From contig NZ_CP030918.1 of NCBI RefSeq assembly GCF_003324675.1, positions 2,070,001-2,102,000 of the forward strand: a DNA stretch of 32,000 nt. The letters are read 5' to 3'. Of this stretch, positions 14,801 through 22,900 are shown in pieces; the stretch's first letter is position 1, and the number at the start of each line of letters is the position of its first letter. The notes below the pieces were generated by a model. That model did not search any database, was not told the origin of the DNA, and saw nothing but the letters and a program-made list of their open reading frames with translations. This stretch comes from Paracoccus suum. Its GTDB lineage: Bacteria > Pseudomonadota > Alphaproteobacteria > Rhodobacterales > Rhodobacteraceae. The translations under genes and the position numbers were made by a program.

Positions 14801-17317
14801 CGTCTGCGGCATGACCAGCCGCGTCTCGCGCCGCTCGACCGGGCGGCCTGCGCCCTCGCGGACGGACAGCGCGAAGGTCGCCTCCATCGGGCGCCGGGCC
14901 TCGGCCAGTGCGGGCGGGACCGGCAATTCGGACTGCCAGTGCCCCTCGGCATCGGTCATGCCGGGGTCGATCTGGACTGTCGTGCTGTCGTCCGGCGCGT
15001 CGTAGCGGCCAAAGGCGTAACCGGCCCAGCCGGTCACCTCGGTCGCGGGGGCAAGTCGCAATTCGCCCTCGACGGGCAGTTCGGCACCCGGCGCACCATA
15101 AAGCCAGCGCGCGGTCAGCGCGACGTCCAGCGGGCGGTCGGTGGGCAGCGGGGCCGCCGTCAGGACCGGTGTAAGGTCGATCCGCTCGGGGCGGAAATCC
15201 TCGACCAGCACGCGCAGGGTAGCGAGCGGCGGAGCGTCGGACTGGGTGTCGACCTTCAGATCGATCCGCCAACTGCCGCGCGGGGCGCTGGCCGGGATCG
15301 GCCAGTCAAAGACATAGCCGCCGTCGCCAGCAAACGGCACCAGCTGACGCTGCGCCTCGACGCCGTCGGGCCGGGTCAGGATGGCGGTCATCGGCAGATC
15401 CGACAGCGCCGCGACCGAGCTATCGCGTGCGAGGATCGTGGCGTGCACCGTCTCGCCGGCGCGATAGGCGCCGCGGTCGGTGGTCGCAAAGACGTCGATC
15501 GGCGGTGCAGGCGGGGCGCCCTCGACGCCGCGGTCGGACAGGTCGAACTCGGGCTCTGTCAGGGACAGGAAGGCCATGTCGGTGATCGCCCCGTCAGTCC
15601 CGATACTGGCGGTCACCATTGCCGGGGCGGCGCTGTCGCGGCCGCGCGACAGGCCTGCCGCGAAACGGGCGATGCCGTCCGCATCCGTCTGGGCGCTGCC
15701 CAGGACGGCGTTGGCACGCGAGACCAGTTGCACTGTCACGCCCTCGCGCGCGGCGGCATCATCGAGGCCGCGGACCGCGACCGTCAGCCCGTCGGTGCCG
15801 CCATAGCTGGCAAGCCCGAGGTTCGAGATCATGAACCATTGCGTCGCCGGTGGGCTGCGGTCGGCGTCCTGGCCGGGGACCGCGGCGGTCAGGGCATAGA
15901 CCCCGGGCGCCAGTGGCCCGGCGGCACGGGCGATGTCGAGGCGGGTTGCAACCTCGGTATTCACGACGGCCGGCCCGCCGCCCTCGCCCGGGGCGACGTC
16001 TGCCTCGCCGGTCCAGACCTGCTGGCCCAGCTCATCGGTAAAGCTCTCGGCGCGCCAGTCATCCAGCGGCTGGCCAAAGATATCCTGGCGCAGCGCCCGC
16101 ACGATGTTGCGGTCGGACATGCGATAGAGCGTCAGCGCCACGCGGTCGGTATTCACCGTGCGCACCGTGACGCCCTGATCGCCGCCGGCCGGCAGGACAT
16201 AGGCCCGCCCGGTAAAGCGCGCCTGCGGGGTGCGATCCCGGACATAAAGATTGACGGGCACGTCGCGGGCCAGGACCTCGCCGTCAGCGGCGGGCAGGCC
16301 CTTGCGCAGGGTCAGTTGCAGCCGCTGGCCATGGGTGATCCCGGCGATGCACAGCTGGCGATCCTCGGCCTCGACCGCGAGGGTCTGGTCGGGCAGGACG
16401 ACAAAGCTGCGATAATCGGTGCCCGGGGCAAGGGCGTCGCTCATCCGCAGGCAGGCGCGTGGGGCGGCGGCATCAGCGTCGACCTGCGTGTCCTCCATGC
16501 GGAACCCGTTGCGCTCCTCAAAGCCGGCTAGCATCTGCGCAAGTTCGGGCGAGGTGTCGGTCGTCGCGGCAAGGCGCAGGGCTTTCAGGCCGTCGCGGCC
16601 GCGGTTCTGCTTCTCCGCAAGCTCTGCCCAGCGCCGCAGGGCGAGACTGCCGGCGCCGGGGTCGCGCAGCCAACTGTTGATCGCGGCCGACATGGCGGCA
16701 TCGCTACGCGATTCGCCGTCATCGCCGGTGGTCAGCCATTGCGACAGCGACAGCCAGTCGCCCGGCTCGTCGCTGATCGCTGTGGCGGCGCCGATCCAGC
16801 GGATCACCGCCTCGCCGCCCGTGCCTGAGGCTTCTTGCGCCAACTGCCGCAGCGCAGGTGCGCCCTCGCCCGTGCCCGGCCAGGTGGCGCCGATGTCATT
16901 GGCCTGCTCGCGGGCGGCCTTCAGATCGGCGGCGCTCAGCCAGTCCTTGGCGGCCGCGGCCCGGGCGGTCGCCGCGGCGATAACGGTCGGGTCAGTGTCG
17001 ATCACCGTCCCGGACTGCGCGCCCGGAAACGGCGTCAATGGGCCGGCCGCATCGCCCTTGGGAAAACACGCGCGCGAGCCGACGTTGTAGGTCAGAGCCG
17101 AGCATTGCGCATCTGCGAGGCAGACGGCGACACAAGCCTCGCGCGTGGTGTTGAAGAGCTGCTGCAGATCGCCGCCGGGACGGTCAAAGCCGTCGTCCAG
17201 CACGACGCGCCGCGCCGGTAGCGGACCCTCGCCCATGGGTTGGGCCAGGCCAGGCGGCGCAAATGCAAGGAAGGCCAGCGCCGCGATCAAGGCCCTTGGG
17301 CCGGTCCGTCCCACCAT
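11804..17317 (-). CDS. Bacterial alpha-2-macroglobulin family protein (YfhM/ECAM-like, 1837 aa) with an N-terminal PAN/Apple-like module
   Basis: Signal peptide MVGRTGPRALIAALAFLAFAPPGLAQ. A four-Cys module REACVAVCLADAQCSALTYNVGSRACFPKG (nt ~17003-17215). Thioester motif YPYGCTEQ (CTEQ = nt 13151-13162). Size and MG-domain-like beta-rich composition fit the family, as does the pbpC gene immediately downstream. Confidence 0.93.
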   Translation of the reverse strand: MVGRTGPRALIAALAFLAFAPPGLAQPMGEGPLPARRVVLDDGFDRPGGDLQQLFNTTREACVAVCLADAQCSALTYNVGSRACFPKGDAAGPLTPFPGAQSGTVIDTDPTVIAAATARAAAAKDWLSAADLKAAREQANDIGATWPGTGEGAPALRQLAQEASGTGGEAVIRWIGAATAISDEPGDWLSLSQWLTTGDDGESRSDAAMSAAINSWLRDPGAGSLALRRWAELAEKQNRGRDGLKALRLAATTDTSPELAQMLAGFEERNGFRMEDTQVDADAAAPRACLRMSDALAPGTDYRSFVVLPDQTLAVEAEDRQLCIAGITHGQRLQLTLRKGLPAADGEVLARDVPVNLYVRDRTPQARFTGRAYVLPAGGDQGVTVRTVNTDRVALTLYRMSDRNIVRALRQDIFGQPLDDWRAESFTDELGQQVWTGEADVAPGEGGGPAVVNTEVATRLDIARAAGPLAPGVYALTAAVPGQDADRSPPATQWFMISNLGLASYGGTDGLTVAVRGLDDAAAREGVTVQLVSRANAVLGSAQTDADGIARFAAGLSRGRDSAAPAMVTASIGTDGAITDMAFLSLTEPEFDLSDRGVEGAPPAPPIDVFATTDRGAYRAGETVHATILARDSSVAALSDLPMTAILTRPDGVEAQRQLVPFAGDGGYVFDWPIPASAPRGSWRIDLKVDTQSDAPPLATLRVLVEDFRPERIDLTPVLTAAPLPTDRPLDVALTARWLYGAPGAELPVEGELRLAPATEVTGWAGYAFGRYDAPDDSTTVQIDPGMTDAEGHWQSELPVPPALAEARRPMEATFALSVREGAGRPVERRETRLVMPQTPVLGIKPGFDGSVPEGSEAAFQLVSLGPELTPLAGTVGWVLNRVDTEYQWYALEGDWQWEPVTTRSRAASGQVQLAAGAPTQLAMPVQWGEYELVVTAADGAQTAVRFWAGWGAADTGTDTPDRMTVTLDKPAYRAGDTARLTMDAAADGVAVVSVLSNRVVAMQTVPVKAGPNNLDLPVTDDWGAGVYVAVSAIRPLDATAATSHAPVRTLGLAHAAVDPGARRLQAELTAPPEVRPRGETRLRLAVRGAAPGETVHATVAAVDEGILNLTGFKAPDPLDHYFGQRRLGVALRDLYGRLLLASGVADGAIRSGGDAASGRLDAPPPTEKLMAWFSGPVTLGPDGTAEVAVPLPDFNGSVKAMAVVWTRSAVGQADTTLLVRDPVVMTVTAPAFLAPGDTAEVQLALAHVSGPAGAVGLTAEVAGGPALGLANLAPEVPLADKGRGEAGLTLTAPQDEGVAQLRLSARLPNGEVLTKDLSIPVESQEAAITRSARITLAPGETAMLDPAALGAFRPGTGTATLSAGAWAQLDVGAAALRLATYPYGCTEQIASAAMPQLYMQGLLPGITLPGSNEAPRNIDQAIAAVLTRQTSSGAFGLWQAEPGDAWLDAYTTDFLSRARTTGHQVPDEAFRRALANLQNTLNAASEPQYADPSENAALAYAAYVLARERAAVVSDLRYYVDTAGDSFATPMAAAQLGAALAAYGDVGRADAMFRRAQAMLMRGGADKGDMRGDYGTALRDAAAALTMATEAGSEALDRTATATAVAGLIAGRQAEGADLSTQEALWVVLAGHALQAAGAPGLAIGDSPAGGALTPLGDAAGLAPLRLTNSGATPLPVTLSATATPTEPPAAGGTAWSITRNYFTPEGAPVDPAQVAQGTRLVAVLTVTPLAEGGGRLIIADPLPAGFEIDNPNLISSGEGGGLSWLDDLTEAEMAEFRQDRFAAAVNWSDSAPFNLAYRLRAVSLGDFRHPAATVEDMYRPERRGWTDSGQTRITR

Positions 17318-17431
17318 CGTGCGCCACCCATTCTGGAGTCACGCCTACAGTGGCACGCCGGCCCTGCGGAGGCAAACCCGCCGCATATCAGTGGGCGCGT
17401 TTAAATCGCCGTCGCAGAGGCCCTAGAGTGC

Positions 17432-17959
17432 TCAGTTCGAGGCCACGCGCTGGGATTTGCCGGGGCGGTAAAAGATGTGGCGGCCGATCCGGGCGGTGCG
17501 GGTGAACCGCTTGGACCAAGACGGGCGTACGGCGGGGGTATGGAAATAGGTGGCGCCGCCCGTCAGGTTCCGGGGCGAGCCCGCCAATGCTGCCTCGGCC
17601 ACGCGCTTGACGCGCATATAAGCGCTCTTTTCGCGGATCGCGCGGTTGGCGCCGCCGCAGTGGTAGCTGAACTGGCAGCCGCCCTTGCCGCCCTGCTTGA
17701 CGACGCCGCAGATAGAGGTGGGAAAGCGGCCGCTGTCGCGCCGGTTCAGGATCACCTCGGCGACTGCTTTCTGGCCGGCCAGCGGTTCCCCGCGGGCCTC
17801 GAAATACAGGGCCTCGGCGAGGCATTTCAGTTCGGCGGGCGAGGAGTTCGTCGGGCTGGCGCTGGCCGGGTCGGGCAGGGCGAGACTGACGGTGAAGGTG
17901 GCGGCAAAGACGGTGGCGGCAAGAGTCGCGCGGGCAACGCGAGCGAGCAGACTATACAT
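17432..17959 (-). CDS. SleB-family cell wall hydrolase (Hydrolase_2), secreted
   Basis: CLAEALYFEARGEPLAGQKAVAEVILNRRDSGRFPTSICGVVKQGGKGGCQFSYHCGG is the SleB/CwlJ catalytic-domain signature. N-terminal signal peptide. The ATG at 17959 is preceded by AGGGA. The ORF track begins at TTG 17965. Confidence 0.85.
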   Translation of the reverse strand: MYSLLARVARATLAATVFAATFTVSLALPDPASASPTNSSPAELKCLAEALYFEARGEPLAGQKAVAEVILNRRDSGRFPTSICGVVKQGGKGGCQFSYHCGGANRAIREKSAYMRVKRVAEAALAGSPRNLTGGATYFHTPAVRPSWSKRFTRTARIGRHIFYRPGKSQRVASN

Positions 17960-18197
17960 AAACAAACTATCCCTATGCCCCGGAAAGCATTGCCTTTCGG
18001 GCTGGTCCGGAGATCAGGCGTGGTTATGGAGCCGGACGGGACTTGGCAGCTCGGCCGGCGAACGCCCGAAACCTAGACATCGCCGGCAAGCCGTTGAAGC
18101 GCACAGGGGCGTGAGGGAGGGAACCGGGCCAATATGGCCCAAAAACGGCGGGATCTTGCCGGCAGATCAAACGCTTCCGGCGTGATCGTGCCAGAAA

Positions 18198-20765
18198 TCA
18201 GCTCAAGGGCGAGCCGAGGGGATCCAAAACTATAGTACCCCGGGCGCGAATCGACTCTTGAGCCGCGGCCAGCCGGGCGATCGGCACCCGGTAAGGCGAG
18301 CAGGACACGTAGTCGAGTCCGGCACGGCGGCAGAAGGCGATCGATTCGGGGTTGCCGCCATGCTCGCCGCAAACCGAAACGGTGATGCCGGGGCGCCGCT
18401 CGCGCGCGCGTTCGGCCCCCAGCAGGATCAATTCGCCGACGCCGTCCTGATCGAGGATGTGGAACGGGTCCTCGGGCCAGACGCCTTCGCGCAGATAAGT
18501 CCCCATGAATCTGCCCGCGTCGTCCCGCGACAGGCCATAGGTCATCTGCGTCAGATCGTTCGTGCCAAAGCTAATGAAACTTGCGTGCTCGGCTATGTCG
18601 CCGGCGCGAAGGGCAGCGCGCGGCGTTTCGACCATGACCCCTAGGCGGTAGTCAAAGCCAGTGCGCCGCGCATTGCGGACCGCTGCGGCCACGGCGTCGA
18701 TACGGGTCTTGACGATCTCGACCTCGCGCATGGCGCTGACTACCGGGATCATGATCTCGGGCACGACCTGCGCGCCATTGGCCGCGCTTTCGATAGTTGC
18801 CTCGAAGATCGCGCGGGCCTGCATCTCGTAGATTTCCGGAATGGCGAGGCCCAACCGGACACCGCGCATGCCCAGCATGGGATTTGCCTCTGCTACAGCC
18901 TCGACGCGGCGCACGACGTCCGACAGGGGTATTGCCAGCGTCTCGGCCAACTCGCGCATCCCCTCTCGGTCCTGGGGCAGAAATTCGTGCAGGGGCGGGT
19001 CAAAGAGGCGGATGCAGACCGGAAAGCCGGCCATGATGTCGAACAAGGCGACAAAATCCTCGCGCTGCATCGGCAGCAGGCGGTCCAGCGCCAGCCGCCG
19101 GTCGGCGGATTTGTCGGCGAAAATCATCTCCTGCATCGCGGGCAGGCGGCGCTCGTCAAAGAACATGTGTTCGGTGCGGCAAAGCCCGATGCCCTGGGCG
19201 CCAAAGGTGCGGGCCATGCGCGCATCCTCGGGCGTGTCGGCGTTGGCGCGCACGACCATGTCGCAGGCGGCGTCGGCCCATCCCAGCAGGGTGCGGAAAT
19301 CATCGTCGATGGCCGGGTCGAGCATGTCGGCCGCACCCGCCAGCACCTCGCCGGAGGTGCCATCGATGGTGATCTCCTCACCCTCGCGAAAGCTTCGCCC
19401 CGAGGCAGTCATGATTCCCGCGCGGGCGTCGATCACCAGATCGCTCGCCCCGACGATGCAGGGCAGGCCGAAGCCGCGCGCGATGACCGCGGCGTGCGAG
19501 GACATGCCGCCACGCTCGGTCAGCACACCCACGGCGGCATGCATGCCACGCACGTCTTCCGGCACCGTTTCGCGCCGCACAAGGATCGCGGCCTCGCCCC
19601 GGGCCTGCGCGTCCTGCGCCCGGGCCGAGCTGAAGACGATGCTGCCAGTCGCGGCCCCGGGTGAGGCGGCGATGCCGCGCAGGATCAGATCGCGCGGCGC
19701 GCGCGGGTCGATCTGGCGGTGCAGCAAGTCGCTGAGGGCGCGGGGCTGCACCCGCATCACCGCCTCCTCTGGCGGGATGATGCCGTCGCGGCCCAGCGCG
19801 ACCGCGATCTTGACCGCCGCGCGGGCGCTGCGGTTGACGCGGACTGCGTCAATGATGCTGAGGGCGCCGTTGCTGAGCGCGAACTCGACCTTCATCTCCT
19901 CGCGGAGCCGGGCGCGGGCGGCGGCGCCACAGCGGATCAGCTCGGTCAGGATCTCGGGCGCCTCGTCCTGCAGCGACGGGCCGCGGGGGTCCTTGGTCAG
20001 ATAGATTTCGCGCGCGCCCTCGCCGCGGGTGCGCCCCTGGGTCTGGTGGTTGAACCGCCCCGCCAGCCGCGGCGCGCCGGTCACCGGATCGACGAAATCG
20101 ATCCAGCCCGAGCCGCTGAGGCCCGGTCCCAGTGCCAGCGCCATCTCTTGCACGACCAGCCCCAGCGGCGCGTCCGCGGGCGCGCCCTTGGCCTGGCGCA
20201 GCAGCCGGGCGGAGGGACCGTCCCAGGCGCGCGCCATGGACCGAAGCACCTCGCCCAGTTGCTGGGCGGGGTCTTGGGGGAAATGCTCGTCAGTCTCGTC
20301 GCGATAGGCGGCCAGCGCGCCTTCCAGCGTCGCGGCCCCTTGCTGGGTGAAGGTGTCGGGATCGAGGCGGGCGACATTGACCGCATAGGACTGGACGAAG
20401 GCCAGGTACATCGCGTCTGCCGCGACCTTGCCCAGCCGCTCGGCCAGGATAGCGTGGCAGCGATCGTTGATTCCGACGTTCAGCACAGTGTCGGGACCGC
20501 CCCAGTCGGGGTTCAGCGCAGAGGGGCGCACCCCTAGCAGGCCGTCCGCTGAGCCGATCACCGCGGCCAGCGCCTCGCGCGAGGGCAGGTGTCCGGCGGC
20601 GATCAGGCGCACCGCCTCGACCGGAATGGCGAAGGTGGCGGGGACGGGCAGTTCCATCCGGATCAGGCGCTGCAGGCATTTCGCGCGCCATCCGTGACGC
20701 TCGCGGTCGATGCGGGCAGTCGGGGTGATGCGGACAAAGGCGCTGGGATCGATCTGTGCGGTCAT
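18198..20765 (-). CDS. Pyruvate phosphate dikinase-like PEP-utilising enzyme (855 aa) with a divergent N-terminal nucleotide-binding domain
   Basis: Phosphohistidine swivel motif TERGGMSSHAAVIARGFGLPCIVG. PEP/pyruvate TIM-barrel motifs GLCRTEHMFF, ISFGTNDLTQMTYG and VCGEHGGNPES. The start was set at ATG 20765 (AAGG upstream). The track's 951-aa version extends across the divergent promoter and into the neighbouring gene. Confidence 0.88.
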   Translation of the reverse strand: MTAQIDPSAFVRITPTARIDRERHGWRAKCLQRLIRMELPVPATFAIPVEAVRLIAAGHLPSREALAAVIGSADGLLGVRPSALNPDWGGPDTVLNVGINDRCHAILAERLGKVAADAMYLAFVQSYAVNVARLDPDTFTQQGAATLEGALAAYRDETDEHFPQDPAQQLGEVLRSMARAWDGPSARLLRQAKGAPADAPLGLVVQEMALALGPGLSGSGWIDFVDPVTGAPRLAGRFNHQTQGRTRGEGAREIYLTKDPRGPSLQDEAPEILTELIRCGAAARARLREEMKVEFALSNGALSIIDAVRVNRSARAAVKIAVALGRDGIIPPEEAVMRVQPRALSDLLHRQIDPRAPRDLILRGIAASPGAATGSIVFSSARAQDAQARGEAAILVRRETVPEDVRGMHAAVGVLTERGGMSSHAAVIARGFGLPCIVGASDLVIDARAGIMTASGRSFREGEEITIDGTSGEVLAGAADMLDPAIDDDFRTLLGWADAACDMVVRANADTPEDARMARTFGAQGIGLCRTEHMFFDERRLPAMQEMIFADKSADRRLALDRLLPMQREDFVALFDIMAGFPVCIRLFDPPLHEFLPQDREGMRELAETLAIPLSDVVRRVEAVAEANPMLGMRGVRLGLAIPEIYEMQARAIFEATIESAANGAQVVPEIMIPVVSAMREVEIVKTRIDAVAAAVRNARRTGFDYRLGVMVETPRAALRAGDIAEHASFISFGTNDLTQMTYGLSRDDAGRFMGTYLREGVWPEDPFHILDQDGVGELILLGAERARERRPGITVSVCGEHGGNPESIAFCRRAGLDYVSCSPYRVPIARLAAAQESIRARGTIVLDPLGSPLS

Positions 20766-20898
20766 GGCCGCGAACCTTAGGCCAGCGCGCGCGTGCTGCA
20801 ACTGCGAAATGCGGCGCCGGGCTTGCGCTGCTGCGGCCTTTTGGCAATGACCGTAACAACAACGCTCCGCCGCTCTGCCCCTGCACCAAAGGTCCAAC

Positions 20899-21621
20899 AT
20901 GGTTCCCGACCGCATCCACCTGCGCGAGCATGTGATCGAAGCCGAGATCGGCGCCTTCGCGTCCGAGCGTGACCGTCGCCAGCGCCTGCGCTTTGCGCTG
21001 ACCGCGACGCTGGCCAGGCCGGGGACCGGGGCCAGCGACAATGTCGATAGCATCCTCAGTTACGATGTACTGGTCGGCGCCATTGCGGATGCGCTGGGCG
21101 CCAAGCGGTTCGACCTGCTCGAGGCGCTGGCCGAGGACATCGCCGCCCGAATCCTGGCACATCCGCAGGCGGCAGAAGTGCAGGTCTGCGTTGAGAAACT
21201 GGACCGCGTGCCCGGGGCGCTGGGCATCACCATCACGCGTGCGCGGGGCGATGCGGCGGTGCGGTCCGTGTCGGCCGTGAAGATTCCGGTGCTCTCGGCA
21301 CGCGACAGCCGCCCATCGGGCGCCGCGGTCATTGTCCCCGATGCCCCGGGCCTGCCGATGCCGCAGGGGGGCGATCCCGTGCAGATGGCGCTGCTGGCCC
21401 TCGATCAGGCGGCTTGGGCGCTGGCCGCGCAGCTGGGACTGGAAATCGCGGCAACCCGGACCGAGATCCAGGCCGCCGCAAGCGAGGGCCGCGCCGTGGT
21501 CTGGGCGCCGGTGCGCATGGTGCGCGAAGCGCAGGACCTTCCCCCAGCCGACCGCGACCGCCCCGAGGCGCTGGCGCGCTGGCTGGCCGCCCGGCTGAGA
21601 GACGGGGGATCGGCCACCTGA
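20899..21621 (+). CDS. Dihydroneopterin aldolase (FolB)-domain protein with a ~125-aa C-terminal extension of unknown function
   Basis: The N-terminal ~115 aa align by eye to FolB: IEAEIGAFASERDRRQRLRF, DSILSYDVLV, LLEALAEDIAARIL, VCVEKLDRV. AAAGG lies 7 nt upstream of the ATG. The rest (aa ~116-240) has no motif I recognise. Confidence 0.72.
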   Translation: MVPDRIHLREHVIEAEIGAFASERDRRQRLRFALTATLARPGTGASDNVDSILSYDVLVGAIADALGAKRFDLLEALAEDIAARILAHPQAAEVQVCVEKLDRVPGALGITITRARGDAAVRSVSAVKIPVLSARDSRPSGAAVIVPDAPGLPMPQGGDPVQMALLALDQAAWALAAQLGLEIAATRTEIQAAASEGRAVVWAPVRMVREAQDLPPADRDRPEALARWLAARLRDGGSAT

Positions 21622-21828
21622 GCCGAAAATAAGAACGTCCCGCCACGCGTGCCGCAGTGCAGCGGACGCTCGCGGGCTGCGTTGTCATCACGGGAACGCC
21701 TGTCCCGACTGGCGCAACCGGCCGAAACGCTCGTTCCCATCCTGCGACCGCGCGCGCCAAATGTGACTCTTGCGTCACGGCAGCGCAGGCGCCAACTGCC
21801 TGCCAAATCCGCGCCCGAAGGAAGTCCC

Positions 21829-22878
21829 ATGCCAGAGTTTCTCGCAGGTTTCACCGTTCCGCAGCTCGCCGTGGGCCTCGGCCTCGTTATCGGGCTGGCC
21901 TTTGGTGCCCTGGCCGAGCGCAGTGCCTTTTGCTTTCGCCGCGCGCTGGTCGGCAGCGATCGGCGCGAGGCGATGGGCGTGTGGATGACCGCCTTGGCCG
22001 TTGCCATTCTCGGTACGGAAGCGGCCGTGATGGCCGGGCTGATCACCTTTGACGGCCATCGCCTGCTGGCCCCCGACCTGCCGATCGCGGCGGTGATTTT
22101 GGGGGGCTTGCTGTTCGGCGCCGGCATGGTGCTATCGCGCGGCTGCATCTCACGCCTGACGATCCTTGGCGGCAGCGGCAACCTGCGCGCACTGACGACG
22201 ATCCTGGTGGTCGCGGTGATCGCCCATGCGACGCTGAAGGGAATTCTCGCGCCGCTGCGTACCGCCATCGGCTCGGTGACAGTGCCGCTGGGCGCACGGG
22301 CCAGCCTCGCCTCCCTGCCGGGCGGGCCGCTGCTCTGGACGCTGGTGCTTGCCGCGCTGGCCATCCTGATCGCGCTGCGCTCGGGCGGGCGGCCGCGCCT
22401 GCTGGTGCTCGGCGCGCTGATCGGGTTGCTTGTCCCCGCCGCCTGGATCGGCACCGGCTGGCTCCTGGCTGACGAGTTCGATCCGATCACCATGGAGGCA
22501 CTATCCTTCACCGGCCCCGGCGCCGAGGCCCTGTTCTGGGTCATCGCCGCGACTTCGATCCCTGCCGGTTTCGGTACAGGGCTGGTGGGGGGCGTCCTGC
22601 TGGGTAGCCTCGTCACGTCATTGCTGGCCGGCAGCTTTCGGACCGTCAGCTTTTCCTCGCCGCGCGAAACCAGGCGTTACATGGCCGGCGCGGCGCTGAT
22701 GAGTTTTGGCGGCGTGCTGGCGGGCGGCTGCACCTTGGGTGCGGGCCTCTCGGGCATCCCGACCCTGTCTGTTGCGGCGATTCTGGCGTTGGTCGCCATT
22801 GCGGTCGGCGCCAAGGCGACCCATGCGCTGGTCGATGGCCAGACGGCGGACCTGCACGGCGCCCCTATCCGCGCCTGA
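21829..22878 (+). CDS. YeeE/YedE-family membrane protein (putative thiosulfate/sulfur-compound transporter)
   Basis: About 349 aa and polytopic. It has the paired conserved Cys-containing motifs of the family (ERSAFCFRRA, LSRGCISRL, LAGGCTLGAG). RBS GAAGGAAG lies upstream of ATG 21829. The track's start at 21649 is an extension without coding character. Confidence 0.85.
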   Translation: MPEFLAGFTVPQLAVGLGLVIGLAFGALAERSAFCFRRALVGSDRREAMGVWMTALAVAILGTEAAVMAGLITFDGHRLLAPDLPIAAVILGGLLFGAGMVLSRGCISRLTILGGSGNLRALTTILVVAVIAHATLKGILAPLRTAIGSVTVPLGARASLASLPGGPLLWTLVLAALAILIALRSGGRPRLLVLGALIGLLVPAAWIGTGWLLADEFDPITMEALSFTGPGAEALFWVIAATSIPAGFGTGLVGGVLLGSLVTSLLAGSFRTVSFSSPRETRRYMAGAALMSFGGVLAGGCTLGAGLSGIPTLSVAAILALVAIAVGAKATHALVDGQTADLHGAPIRA

Positions 22879-22900
22879 ACGCGACACCCACAAAAGCAAC

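Noticed and set aside
11657-16531. Very long plus-strand ORFs (995 aa at 11657-14644 and 625 aa at 14654-16531) antisense to the alpha-2-macroglobulin gene
   Set aside because: They are Arg/Gly/Ala/Gln-rich with no recognisable motifs, as expected for stop-codon-poor antisense frames in high-GC DNA. The minus-strand frame carries the thioester motif, a signal peptide and family-typical length.
18841-20537. Plus-strand ORFs (387, 272 and 225 aa) opposite the PPDK-like gene
   Set aside because: These are antisense artefacts with Ser/Arg/Ala-rich composition.
20766-21053. N-terminal extension of the PPDK-like ORF to 21053
   Set aside because: The extension is Arg/Cys/Trp-rich nonsense and would overlap the FolB-like gene start. 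ATG 20765 has an AAGG RBS and begins the homologous region.
21649-21828. N-terminal extension of the YeeE ORF
   Set aside because: The 60-aa extension is non-hydrophobic and Arg-rich. A strong RBS precedes ATG 21829, and the resulting length matches the family.
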